A stretch of DNA of 64,000 nt from Psammoneis japonica. Its lineage: Eukaryota. Of this stretch, positions 1 to 11,712 are shown in pieces. The DNA is taken from the NCBI GenBank assembly GCA_008632985.1, contig QPGO01000097.1, forward strand, positions 62,001 through 126,000. The letters run 5' to 3'. The notes beneath the pieces were generated by a model that saw only the letters and a program-made list of their open reading frames with translations, was not told where the DNA came from and did not search any database. Position 1 is the first letter of the stretch. Every line of letters starts with the position of its first letter. The position numbers and the translations under genes are program-made.

Positions 1-43
1 CAAAATTTTGGCAAAGTATTCGGGACTCGCACTCGGGACTCGC
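1..43. repeat. Right half of a palindromic dispersed repeat, cut by the window edge; second copy at 52142-52256
   Basis: CAAAATTTTGGCAAAGTATTCGGGACTCG (1-29) matches 52210-52238 with one mismatch, and both copies are followed by a second TCGGGACTCGCT. Confidence 0.85.
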
Positions 44-809
44 TCTACTCTAGAGCCACTTTATCATGCCGGCAGTGCAGTGCCACTCTATGTAGAGAGC
101 AGCTAGTGCTGTGGAGGTAGACGGAAAGAATGCAACCCTGGGTGCAACTGCGCAGGGTCCAGCACTTCTTCTACAGGGTCACCAGGAAAGCACAGACACC
201 GACTTCCGCTACATCAACCTGCAGCACCCTCCAAGACGCGCAGCTGCGAAGACAACCAAAAAAGAAAACGATCGCGACAATGGCCTCCCTTGCGTCGCTG
301 ACACCTGTGTCTATTTTTGCCGTATTTTCCCGTTTCTTTTCGCAGCATTCGGAGCTTTTATACAAGCAACATGATGGGCTAGTGGTGCTGGCGTTGAGTT
401 CAATCCGTCGAGGCGGATTTGTCGCTGAAGGTGCAGTGCAGAAATTGTGAGAATGCAGCATCAACATGACGGATTTTTGTGACACACTGTTGTGTCTTTC
501 ATGTTGTTTCTCACTTCTTGTCATTGTTTTGACGTATGTGCTATAAGGTGTCCACGGGGCTTGGGTTTTTATGGTGCTGACTTTCTCTTCGGAACTTGTC
601 GTTGAATGATCAAAATTGAGCTGCCACTGGAATTTATGGCAAAGAGTTGGCGGCAGTGACATCTCAACATCCCTTGGGCCGATTTTCGCGATTCTTGTTT
701 CGTTGTTAATGGAAATTGTACAAGGAATCCAAGAGGCTTGGTTTTGTTGTGCAAAATTCCATTCTGTGCAGATGGATTCATTGGATGCCGTGCGCACAGA
801 AATGATGCT

Positions 810-1268
810 TCAATTGGAAGGGGCGCTCCAGCGATGTTGTGGATTGAACAAGGAAGAATGAAGCCCTAGACACGCACTACATGTAACAAGAATATTAAAC
901 ATGAATGTCAAACATGGCACGGGGTTTTTTACGTCAGTTGATCGTGTCGGGTTGCCTTGATTTGACAGAACATTCCACGGCACCAACCGGTTTGACATGT
1001 AGCTGGAAATTGGCTTCCTCCAGTGTTCCAACCAATTTGACCTTGCTTGCATGGGCAAGCTGTTGTCGCCTGGTTCGGGCGTTCCATGCGCCTTTAGACC
1101 CATCCACCACGACATCGTTGGGGGTTGTTTGAATGGCCTCTGGTTGGTGAAGTCTTGTTCACATTGACAAGTCACCCCGCCAAGAAATAACGTGAGTGCT
1201 ATCAAGGTTGGCTTGTAATACTTTTTAGACGGCATGGTCTCGGTTGTATTGTTGCATAAATCTATCAA
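810..1268 (-). pseudogene. Decayed fragment resembling the N-terminal part of stramenopile Crypton-like (tyrosine recombinase) repeat proteins
   Basis: Peptide WMGLKAHGTPEPGDNSLPMQARSNWLEHWRKPISSYMSNRLVPWNVLSNQGNPTRS resembles, from memory, the 'WM..KAYG...RS..L.YWKKAIS..MPN....WN......GNPTRS' block of oomycete/diatom repeat proteins. No catalytic R-H-R-Y residues were identified. Confidence 0.4.
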
Positions 1269-1794
1269 AAACGCGACGTACCATGCAACAACCCGGTTGT
1301 TTCGATACGGGAAAAATTCCCGTGCTTCCTCTACAAGAACACGGAAGATACGGTCGCTGAAGTGGGGTAACGGTCAGTACAATGTGTAGAATTCAACGGA
1401 GAAATACTACGGAATACAACATGGGTTGTATTCCGGGATAATGTAGGAGTACTTCGTAGTCTACGGTAGAAGGCGTCGGGGCGATCGCGGTAAAAAATCG
1501 GGCTTCCCTGTGCTGCCCCCCGCAAATTAGCTACTACGTAAATTCTACGTGTTGCGAATGTGTGGCGGGGAGAAAAACGCCTGCCCCGTACCCCGTACAG
1601 GACACTGAGCTCCGGTCTAGTGCGTAGAATGTGTACTGGAGCCACCGTAGAAAAAATGACAGTTGGCTTGCGAACTTCAAAAAACAAACAACCAAGCAAA
1701 GCAACATCTCCTCCATGGCGAAGCTCCGAGCTACGCTAGCTATACTGTAAAGCCTCTCTATCATACGTAGTGTATCTGCATAACAGGAAATAAA

Positions 1795-4700
1795 ATGGAA
1801 AACAACGCTGCCTTTCGCGGCCACGTGCAGTTTCAAACTGCCATAGAATCCCTCCGTGCCACCATGACCGATCAACGCCACAAGTACTACACCCGCAAGC
1901 GTGCGAATGAATGCTACAAGTGCCTCAAATTGCTTCCAGAAACAGAGGATTATCACCGGGATCTCAGTGAATTCAATGAACAGTATGAGAAGTCAGTCAT
2001 TGAATTGGCCAACGCGACTGGGGAAGACATGCCAGCCAGAATTCGCCTTTCACGAAACAAAGATCGAAAGCCCCAGTACTCGTACACTGTGAAGGTAATT
2101 GACGGGGAAGAGCAGCTAGATGTGCTCCAAAAGGATGGAATGCCATTTCTTGTCGAAGAAGAATACTACAAGGCGGCCAATGATAAGTACAACCTGTTGG
2201 TTCGAACGGACAGCGAATTCTCACGTCTCTCTACCCTTTCCATGATTCGGAAGATCCAGTCCCTTTTGCTCCAAGAGTATATTTTCAATGCGGACTTGCT
2301 TCTCTACTTGGACAAGTCCAAGCCCATTCCCAATGTGGCATCCGGTATCCCCTCCAGTGAAGCGTTCGACACCGCCAGCACGTCAGACATTGCTTCAACT
2401 GCGAACGCGGCGCACTCTGTCACTCTCAACGGCTCGGACGCCGGCTCGATCATGGGCTCGATGGCCGCCCAGTTTGCCAAGAATGCGGGTTCGGTTACAT
2501 TTGTGAACGTCGAATCCGGTGCGACCAATATAGGTGTGCAGCACAATGGTCCTACTGACGGTGGTACCCCCGAATGGGCGAAACGTTTGGGGCGCACGAT
2601 CCGGAAGGAAGCATCCCGTGTTGTACAGAGTGTCGAAACAACTGGAAAGGAGCAGCAGATAAGTATGCAGGAACAAGCATCACGCATCACTCAAGAAGTC
2701 GAGCAATCTAGTCGCAAAGTCCACACTTATGTACAGCGCGTCTTTCAGCGTGACGATCGAGCTGGCACGAATCTTTCCGACCAGTTCGAAAGCGCTCATG
2801 ATCCGGAACAATTTGCGGCTGCGTTTGCGTCCAATAACTCGTCTCCTGAGTAAGTACCCCGAATGTTATTTGTTATTTTGCAATGCACCTATCTCACACT
2901 CATTTTGCAATGCACCTATCTCACACTCGCAGGCGCGAAGCCCCAAAGCAAGATGCTGGTGTTACCATTCTTGAACAGATGGTTCGTAACGCCCTTGAAG
3001 AACCTAACCTTGAAGCGAATATCGAATACTACAAGACTCATGATCCGGATATGAACGACCCGTTTGAAGTTTCCTTTGCCGCGCGTTTGTCGAAAGTATG
3101 CAGCATGATGCATGCGATGGAGGTCGACCCTGCCTTCCTCGTCAAGCAGCTGTCTGGACTTACGCAGTGCCAGATGGATGGCGACGATTTCGATTCCTCC
3201 CAGTCTTGGAACACGCTTGCCAAGGGGCTTTCGCGAGCCTTGTATTTCTTTGGCAAAAATAATCAAGTCGTGATGTTCAACGAAGGCGCAATTCTCGAGA
3301 AAGATAAAAATGGACTGCTTTCTCTGGTTCTTCCCATTGCTGGTTTCGGCCACCAGACGAATGTCCACGTAGGCGACCGTCACAACCACCAGCTTACCGT
3401 CACCTGGTCCGACAATAATTCGAAGGATTCTGCAACCGCTCTTTTTGCTTTGATTCAAATCGCCCTCGCGCGCCAAGGTGAGGATGTTCGTCAAGGGATC
3501 GAAACGCCGTCTTTGGTCCAAGTCGAGGTACCGGCCGAAGGAAACAAGCCAGCAGCTATCGTGTTGTCCCCAGATCAATTCTCGAAACTTACGGACCTCT
3601 CAGGCTGTAGCGCAGACGAACACTCTATTGAGTTCAAGCAAGCTATATTTACAGTGCCGCAGCAAGGCGGCCTTCTCAAGACGGCTGGGCAGATTGTTTT
3701 GACCAACTGCGTCCTTCACGAGGATGGCCAAGGACTGTCCCAAACGCTGTGGATGGGCGCCGACAATTTGGTGCTCTGGCAGCTTACGCTGTTTGGAAAC
3801 TTTCCTTTTGGGGTTGACCAAGCACTCAAACTCATAGATTCCTGCAACAAGACGATTGTGATCGGAAGCGGCGCAGCTGCTGAATTGCTCAAGCAAGAGT
3901 TCCTCGTAGACCGTCTGAAGAAGAAGGCCGCCCGCAACGGTATATATTATGATTGGAAGTTTGACTTTGGCAGCTATTCTTCAGATGAAAAGCAACTCTT
4001 TCGCGATTTCCTTGCGGATGTTTACACTGGAAAGCTCCAGCTTTCAGAAAACTGTGCCGCGTTTGCGCAAAACAAAGCTGCAATCATTCAACACTTGTCG
4101 ACGGCTTTTGATGAGGATGACCCCGACGGTGAAACGTACGACTGGCCTTTTGACCTGGTTGACGTCTTGCCTCGATCACAGCACCAAGTGGAGCTCGCCA
4201 ATTACGTAAAGGATCGGATCGAGCTTCTTGCTTTCGATGAAGAGGTCGCTCGCTTGATCGTAGCCGAACGTCTGCAGCATCTGCGTGAAGCCGCAGAGCG
4301 TCCATCAAGCGATGTGCTTGGTGGGACTGCACCTCTGGCTGACCACGCCAACATTTGGGACAGTGCGTTCATCAACCCGGGCAGTTGGAAATGCAGTGGC
4401 TGTCTTACCCGAAACGATGCTGACAAAGCAGTGTGCGGCTGCTGCGAATCCCTCAAGCCTGGCGCGAACGCGGAGTCGATTGCTGCTTCCCCTCCTGCAG
4501 TGCCAGTTGCGGCAACCGCTCCTGCTGTGTCAGGAGCGATTGGAGACAGTGGCTTCTGTTCTGGTGGTGGCAGCTCGACAAGTCCTTCTGGCTTTGGCTT
4601 TCAGGCACCAGCAGGCACACTGGAAGAAGCTCAGTCGGGTAAACCCAAGGTGCCGGCAGACGAATCAGCCCAAAAATGCAAGGTGCCGGTGGATGAATCG

Positions 4701-5294
4701 ATTGAAGAAATCAAGGCAGTCGAATCGGGTCATGAAGCAGTCGCTCGCGGGGGAGCCAAAATTGCTACTGCAGCCGAGTCTGAAGAGACCGCAGCCGATG
4801 ATGAGCGTGGGGCGTGCACTCATCCGTTGAAGTTGGTGACAGCGCCGGGGGGTGGCTTCTGTTTCAAGCCGGCGTCACCAAAGGGAGATATTTGCGGGGA
4901 ACCGCCAGCTCTTGTCGAAGAAAACGAGGCGACGATGGCTCAAGTTCAGGCGTCGGAAGCCCCTCAAATTCCTGCTGGTCTCCCTGTCGAAGAAAAGGAG
5001 CTGACAATGGCTCAAGTGCACGCCTCGGAAGTCCCTCAAATTCCAATCGGTTTCTCTATTCAAGAAAAGGAGCCGGACGCGGCTCAAGTCCAAGCCTCGG
5101 AAGCCCGTCAAATCCGAAAGTTTCACAAGAACGACACCGTCAAGATCAATGACAAGGTCGAGGGAAACAAGTGTAAGTACATTGGCCAAATCGGAACGGT
5201 TGTGGAGATGAGCGGTCCGTGGGTTTACGTAAAGCTCCTTGGCGAAAACGGCAAAGTCGCATTTTATCCGAAGTGGCTTCAGCCGGATTGCTGA
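1795..5294 (+). CDS. Uncharacterised protein of about 1138 aa with a RanBP2-type zinc finger, three 24-aa repeats and a C-terminal KOW/SH3-like barrel; two exons (1795-2849, 2933-5294)
   Basis: Intron GTAAGT at 2850 to CGCAG at 2932 joins the 352-aa and 803-aa ORFs in frame (..SPE|REAPKQ..). Zinc finger WKCSGCLTRNDADKAVCGCCESLKP at about 4385-4460. Tyr and TA content are normal. Confidence 0.85.
2875..2928. repeat. Perfect 27-nt tandem duplication inside the intron
   Basis: ATTTTGCAATGCACCTATCTCACACTC occurs twice (2875-2901, 2902-2928). Confidence 0.95.
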
Positions 5295-5399
5295 ATCTAA
5301 AGACATCGAGTAGATAGCTGGCAGCTGAGAGCGCAAGTAAGAGATCATAGAGATTCTTTTCAAAGTGGGATTCCATTTGCTGCCGCGTACTCATTACAC

Positions 5400-7957
5400 A
5401 AATGTAAATTGGACCGCAATAACACCGCTTCTTGCTCGACTCCCGACATCTAGCTTGGTGATAACCTTACAAGTAGATGGACTTTCGTAAGAGCTTCCGT
5501 GAAATCTTTCATGGGTTATGCACTCTCCGACGACTCGTGCAGGCGGTGTCAGCAGCAGGAGCAACAGCAGCGAACTCGATACCGACGTTCGTTTTGAAAC
5601 GGGCATCCGACCAAAAGAGTTTCTACAACATATTCGTATTGAACGAGAAGTCTCACTGCTTCACAATTATGATACTCAGCTAGCATTATTGAAAATTGAA
5701 AGCTTCAAGGAAAGTCTCGGCAGCTCTGCGTACGTCAATACTTGGAGTCCACACGGGCCGTCTGCAGAGATTCGTCATTTATCAGCCGTGTTCGCAACAA
5801 TATTCCTCGACTTTTTGTAAACATTGGTTGTACCACGGAGGTTTTCTTTCCCACAGAACAAAAACGGGATCAGTTCCTCCCCAACTGCTGATGCAGAGTA
5901 CCGAGCTGCGAAAATCTTCAAGACCCGGCGTCGCATTGTTGGATTTAGGATTTGCGGTCCGAAGAGGTTTGCCTTGCAGAGCAAGTCTCGAGGCCTCAAA
6001 TCTTATTGTTTTGAGCACCTCTGTCGATTCAGCCAAAGGAGCAACTAGGCAGTCACACAAGAAGGAGGCGCATGCCCAAAATATGTGTCACACAATGTGT
6101 TTGACGCGATGGATAAACCGGACGGGCCTCGGATCGTCGCCATCGATTAACTATTAACATTGCTCCGTCGTAGGAGGGACATTGGTTCTTTATCCATAGA
6201 GTCTACTGCGCCCTGGCGTTAGAGACACCAGTGTTGTTGCACGCTGCAATAATTCACTCATCGTGCCATCATTGACACGAGTTTGCAAGCTTTTGCGATT
6301 AAGAAAACAAGCATCAATTCCGAATCATTGGAGTCCGCTCCGTCGTCAGTGTCCCAGCCCAGCATATTACGCAGCAATCGAGCGTTTCCTTTTTTCTTCA
6401 GAGATGCTCTCCCGAAGTCAAATAATCTCGGGAGAATATAATGATCTAGCACAAAGTTTCGTAAGTCGCGAATCGACCTATCTCAATCTTGTTTGACTTT
6501 CTTGAACCCTCGACAAAGCTGAAATAATTATTGAAAGCTTCAGAAAGCCGGTACCCCGAAGTCGTTTCGCCGTGAATAGAAATGACGAAGGTACGCACGC
6601 TCTTCTTGAGGTGAAAAGCTCGACCCACCAACAAAGATCGATCGCTGGACCAAATGATTCTGAAAGCTCGACCCCACTTTCTCGTAGAATCCATGAAATA
6701 CAATGCAATAGGCAGCTGTGAAAAGCATTCTGGAATTTCAAAAGCGTAGCGTATCTGTCATTTTGTCTGGCTTTGGAGCTAGAATCTGCACCCGAATCCT
6801 TCCGAGCAAGAGAGTAATTGAGAAGAGCTACACCCCACAATCACTGTTGCCACTCTCTCGTAGCTTAAACAAGGTAAGGCAGACACGACAAGAGCTCTTT
6901 CATTTCAGACAGAAGCTGCGCTTACAATACCGCGTAGCTTCTTCAATCGCTTTAAGCGCTCCCTCTCCAAGGAGACAAAAGCGATGGAGCCTCTGGGGGA
7001 TTTCTCCAAATCAGAATCTGCCTGAACAATAATTTTCCCTATCGAAGCAACGCTAGATGGTGAGTTTCTCTCCAGCGAAGGATGCTGGTCCATAGCAAGC
7101 AGAGCAGTTCCTAAATTGCGACACAACGAACACATATTTCGACTGTTATAGGACGGGCCGGGACAATCTTCCACAAAATGATCTGCGGTACGCAGTCCGC
7201 GTCCTTCAACATCGGGATAGCACGGGGAATCTGCAAGTGGCAGAGGCACCCCCTTCTTTCTTGCGTCAGCAAGAACTGCTCTATTCAGACGACGCAGACG
7301 TCGACGAGCCTTATGCTCCAGTCCACCACTGGCTCTTATCCCTTTCAGGTTGCTGGACGGGAACTTCTCAAGAGCGCCAAGCCAACATCAAGTATTGCCT
7401 CCACAAGATTGCTTAAGATATCTTCGAGGTTGGACTTGAGAAGACTCTCGCAGCTCGAAAAAGCTTTGTAGCTCTGCATAGCCCTGGCGAGAAGCACTAA
7501 GCATTCTGCCGCATGTATAATTGATCATCTCTGGTGGCCGCGCTACGTGTTCGAGAAATAGGGCTTATCATCAGGGATCGAATGTAGGGCCCGAGGCCGA
7601 CCTCATTGTCGAGCTTGAAGTAAGAGACAGGTTGAAACCAAACGCATGCCTAGCTATAACGGCTTGCTCTGCAATTTCCACGCATTCCTGTGGAAGTATT
7701 GCTTACCCGTTTGGACGGCTAGCGAGATAGAGAAAAAATTCTCATTCTTAGAGCTTGATCAGTTTGTCAAGTACGGTTTTGTCGACACCATCATGACGTA
7801 TCTTGGAAAGATCTAGACACGACAACAGGAACTGGAACAAGGCCCAAAGCATTTTCTTTCCGGAATTGTTGTGATTCGGATCCATCTGCAAGAATCCTTC
7901 CCTCCGGAAATCCGAAGTTGTTGTCACGCTCACATGCAAGAGCAAGAGAGTCAAAAT
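5400..7957 (-). pseudogene. Fragmented gene of unknown family, truncated by the Gypsy LTR fragment
   Basis: Series of short protein-like minus-strand ORF pieces (7748-7954, 6905-7249, 6478-6840, 6258-6452, 5782-6060) broken by stops and frameshifts. No domain recognised. Confidence 0.35.
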
Positions 7958-10900
7958 TGCAAGCTCAAGCTGAGGTTGATGTCAAAACAAGGAAGTGAGT
8001 CACTCTCCATCGTGAGTCTATGCGTCGACCGTTCTTCGCGCGCGCTCGCACGCACCCGAAGGTCTCCTCATAGACTCTCGCGGAAGTAAGACGGACGATG
8101 TACCAGGGTCGTATGTAGGCCGTTTGTTACGGTGCCGTTTTTCCGTCGCACCGACCGGCGGGACATGCCGCAAGCATCATCGTTTCATTGCTGTTATCGG
8201 CATGAACGACTCCCAACTCCCAAGGCTGTCTAGCACTGTAGAATGAATCTTTTAGGATTTCGAGCATGACATGACAAAACCCCACAGTCACATGACCACC
8301 ACATGGCTGGCTCCTCGTTCCATCTTTCACAGTCGGACGTGTTGACAATTTTCTCTCGGCTCGATCGCGCTGGCCACACATGGAATGCCAGCTCTCCTCG
8401 TTCGTTTCTATGGTCAGGGTGACACACCCAACATTTGTTCCACAGTTCATCAATCACCAAGAACTGCCATGCTGGCAGGTGATCGTAAGCCAGTTGCTGT
8501 GGGAGCCGAAAAGAGACGGGAGGACACAAGCAGTGAGAACATCTAAGACACAGATTTCAAGATGAGTCAACAATTGTGAGCAAAATCACAACACCAACTT
8601 GCCAATTGACCTTTGTGCACATTCTTTCGTGTCTCCTGTGTGCATGTGCTTGTCGCTGCAACCCTGTTTGTCTCACGCCATTGCCAGAGGCATTCACACT
8701 GTCGCGAACTGATGAAATGCTGCGCGAAGTGCAAGCCCAATTGAGTGAGTTTGAATGCCAACAATTAACGACATTGTCACATGATCTTACCTCCTTGACT
8801 CAGCGTCATTAAATGAATGCACCCAATGCACTCAAATCTACCCAAGCGGCAAGAAATCGACACAACCGTCCAAAAATCTCCAAAAATGTCACAAAACAGC
8901 GACGCCCAACCGACAATGAGACCCCAGACTGTCTTTGCCTCGAATCTCAGAGCTGTGGTCAAACCACGCCTCACACAGACACCAACAAACAACACCAATG
9001 TGTTGCATGGACTGAGAACCTGCGTGATGACGAGGAAGAGCCCAATCCGTGAGTGAGCACATTTCTGGCAAAAAACACAAAGCCATTTGTTACGAACGAC
9101 AGAAACAATGGTTGTGCCACAAGAAAGACAATGCCATTGCAAGGCAACAATGAAAATGCGCACAAGTTTCCATGTCATAACTTGCAGGGCGCAACGGAGC
9201 GGAACATGCGACGACAATCGACGACACATGTCAGCACCTGCCGAAAAAGTGACGATTTTGCACTTGGTCAGTCTCAGGGATAAATCAATCAAACATTTGC
9301 CAATTTTCTCCATTCCAACACCATGGCACGCTTCAACAGCGAGTGTCCGAATGACCACTGAACGGTGTGAGGCACAGTGGTCGATGCGCCGATGAAGTTT
9401 TATTTTCAACTCTCACCAGCTCAACAAGACAAGAGACAGGATCAATGCAGGTCAATGCCCGAAACTCAATCTCTCCATCCGGCACTTTGATTTTCCACGG
9501 GCCAATGAGTTCAACTGCCACTTCCGACCAGGGAGTTAATGTGGCTTCTCGCTTGGGCAACTCTCCACAGCCAGGACCCAATGTTTTGTTGCGTTGACAA
9601 TCAGCACAAGAGCACTCATCACACATGCGACGCAACCCAGGATGATGACAATGAGCCTGGATCGTCTCACACATGCGCTGGCTTCTGGCATGGCCAAGGA
9701 CGAGATGACACCACCGCAAGATGTCGGGCATGAGCGCAGTCAGCAAACAGATTTTCCACTGTCCTGGAGGATCATTCGGTCACGTGCAACAACATGCAAG
9801 CGGTCGATTGTTCACATGTTCCATAGGAAACAATCAGGGCAAGCAACGCGCATCTGGCTCAACTGTTGGTCCTCGAACTGATGCTCCTGAGTGTGTTGTA
9901 ACGTCATTGGATTCTGCATCTCCTGCATGGTGGGGCAATTCAAGAAGGAATCGAACAGCTCTGGCTCATCCACAAAGAAAGAGAAGAAGTGTGAGTGGCC
10001 TTCATTTTCAATGTTGCGACAACACTTGAATCGGCGTGCGCCAAGCTCCAAGTCCTCATCGCGGAAATCCTCAACTTCGGATGGTTCCTCACTCGGCACC
10101 AACTTCGAATTGAGCGGAGCAAAATCGACAACAGTTCCTTTGCCTGGGGCCAAGCTCTTCCCTTCAGAGGGAGGATCCATGCAAGGCAAACAAGAAAAAC
10201 AATCAGCCAAGACATTCAATCGGCCTTCAATGTGATGAAATTGAGGGGCAAAGTCTTCCAGAAAGAGTCGCCAACGAAGTGCACGCTGTGAATTCAAGGT
10301 GTGAAAGGCAAGGTTCTTGTGGTCAGTGAATGCATGCAAGTCGCCGCCAAGGAGCATTGTTCGGCATTCTCGGAAGCACATGACAATGGCTGGCAGTTCT
10401 TTTTGGATCGTCGAACAGTTTTGTTGCACCGCATTGAGCTTTCGAGACCAGTGTGCAATGGGCTTTCCATCCTGTGCAATCACTGCGCCCATCTGGCAAT
10501 CACTTGCATCGGTGTAGATGTGGAAGGGTTTGTTGTGATTCGGACATGCCATTGGTGTTTTGGCCGCTGGGACTGCTTTCATCTCATCGAACGCCGCCTG
10601 ACATTCCGCTGTCCATGTCCATGAGCCTTCACCTGTAAGATCTGTCAAGGGTTTCAACAGGTGAGAACGCTGAGGCCACACATTGTGACAACACGTTGCA
10701 GTGCCAAGGAACGAACGAAGCTGCTTGATGTTTTCCGGAGGTTGCATCCGCAGGATGGCCTCCACCTTTTTCTTCCACGGACGAATTCCAGTCGGAGTCA
10801 GCCAATTCCCAAGGAAATCCATTTCCTGCACACACCATTCGCATTTCAAGGGATTTACTTTGAATCCAGCTTCCTCCAGGCGTTGCAAAAGTTTGTCAAG

Positions 10901-11263
10901 ACGGTCAAGGTGAGTGTCAAAGTCGTCATCAAATTGAGCGAGATCATCAACATGCGCATCAACATCCAAGTCGTGCACAGTTTTCTCAACCAAACATTGC
11001 ACAACATCTGGAGCCAGCTTCAGACCCATTGCCAAACGGCAGTGTCGGCACTTTCCAAAGGGTGTCACGATTGTCGTCAAGTCCTTGGAATCGTCATCCA
11101 ACTCGAGTGCATGGTGCATCATTGAGAGGTCCAATTTAGTCAAAAACTTGCACCCGGCTCTCTTCTGCAGCACATCTTGAATGATTGGCAAAGGGCAAAC
11201 CTTGCGCTTGAGGGCTTTGTTGAGTTCCCGAAAATCGCTGAGTTGCTGCACTCGACCATCCTT

Positions 11264-11712
11264 TGCAGTGTGCGTGCAGACAAAAGGTTGTTTTTGTCAC
11301 GCCCATTGTGACATTTAAAGGCTGCAACACGTCGCCGTGATGCATCAACTCTTGTTGGCAGCTGTGTGTTGCACTCCTCCCCATGCATCACGCGTCCGTG
11401 CGGCTCTTTACCAACGTGCACTGACACTGCACGGTTTTGGCGGAACAGTGTGGGTGCGTGCGAAGGAACACACAGAACTGCACAGAGTTTTACGCGTTCG
11501 ACAGTGATCAACGTTGCTGCAGACAACTCCCACTCAGGGTTTCGAACCCCTGGCCTCCTGCCTGATGGTTGCGCATTGAACCACTCCGCCACGAATTCAC
11601 AACGCAGTGTGCATGCAGACAAAAGGTTGTTTGTGTCACGCCCATTGTGACATTCAAAGGCTGCAACACGTTGCCGTGATACATTGACTCTTGTTGGCAG
11701 CTGTGTGTTGCA
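11264..11712 (-). mobile_element. 449-bp TRIM (miniature non-autonomous LTR element) inserted in the Gypsy-1 RT
   Basis: 110-bp direct repeats at 11264-11373 and 11603-11712, 4-bp TSD CCTT (11260-11263, 11713-11716), minus-strand polypurine tract GGGGAGGAG next to the 3' repeat. Removing it restores IWPKKDGRV in RT. Confidence 0.93.
11524..11600 (-). ncRNA. tRNA-derived sequence with Pol III A and B boxes inside the TRIM; not a functional tRNA
   Basis: Minus strand reads GTGGCGGAGTGGTTCAATGCGC...CAGGGGTTCGAAACCCTG: A box with D-arm-like pairing and B box within a T-arm. Anticodon and acceptor stems are degenerate. Confidence 0.75.

Noticed and set aside
1..55. Helitron 3' end (hairpin plus CTAG)
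   Set aside because: The second copy is not followed by CTAG at the same spacing and no Rep/helicase remnant was recognised.
7919..8593. TGTTGTCA...TCACAACA as exact ends of a Gypsy LTR
   Set aside because: Similarity to the right-hand LTR starts only at about 7958, and no TSD or PPT adjoins 8593.
11524..11600. Functional tRNA gene
   Set aside because: Acceptor and anticodon stems do not pair, and the sequence lies inside a TRIM.
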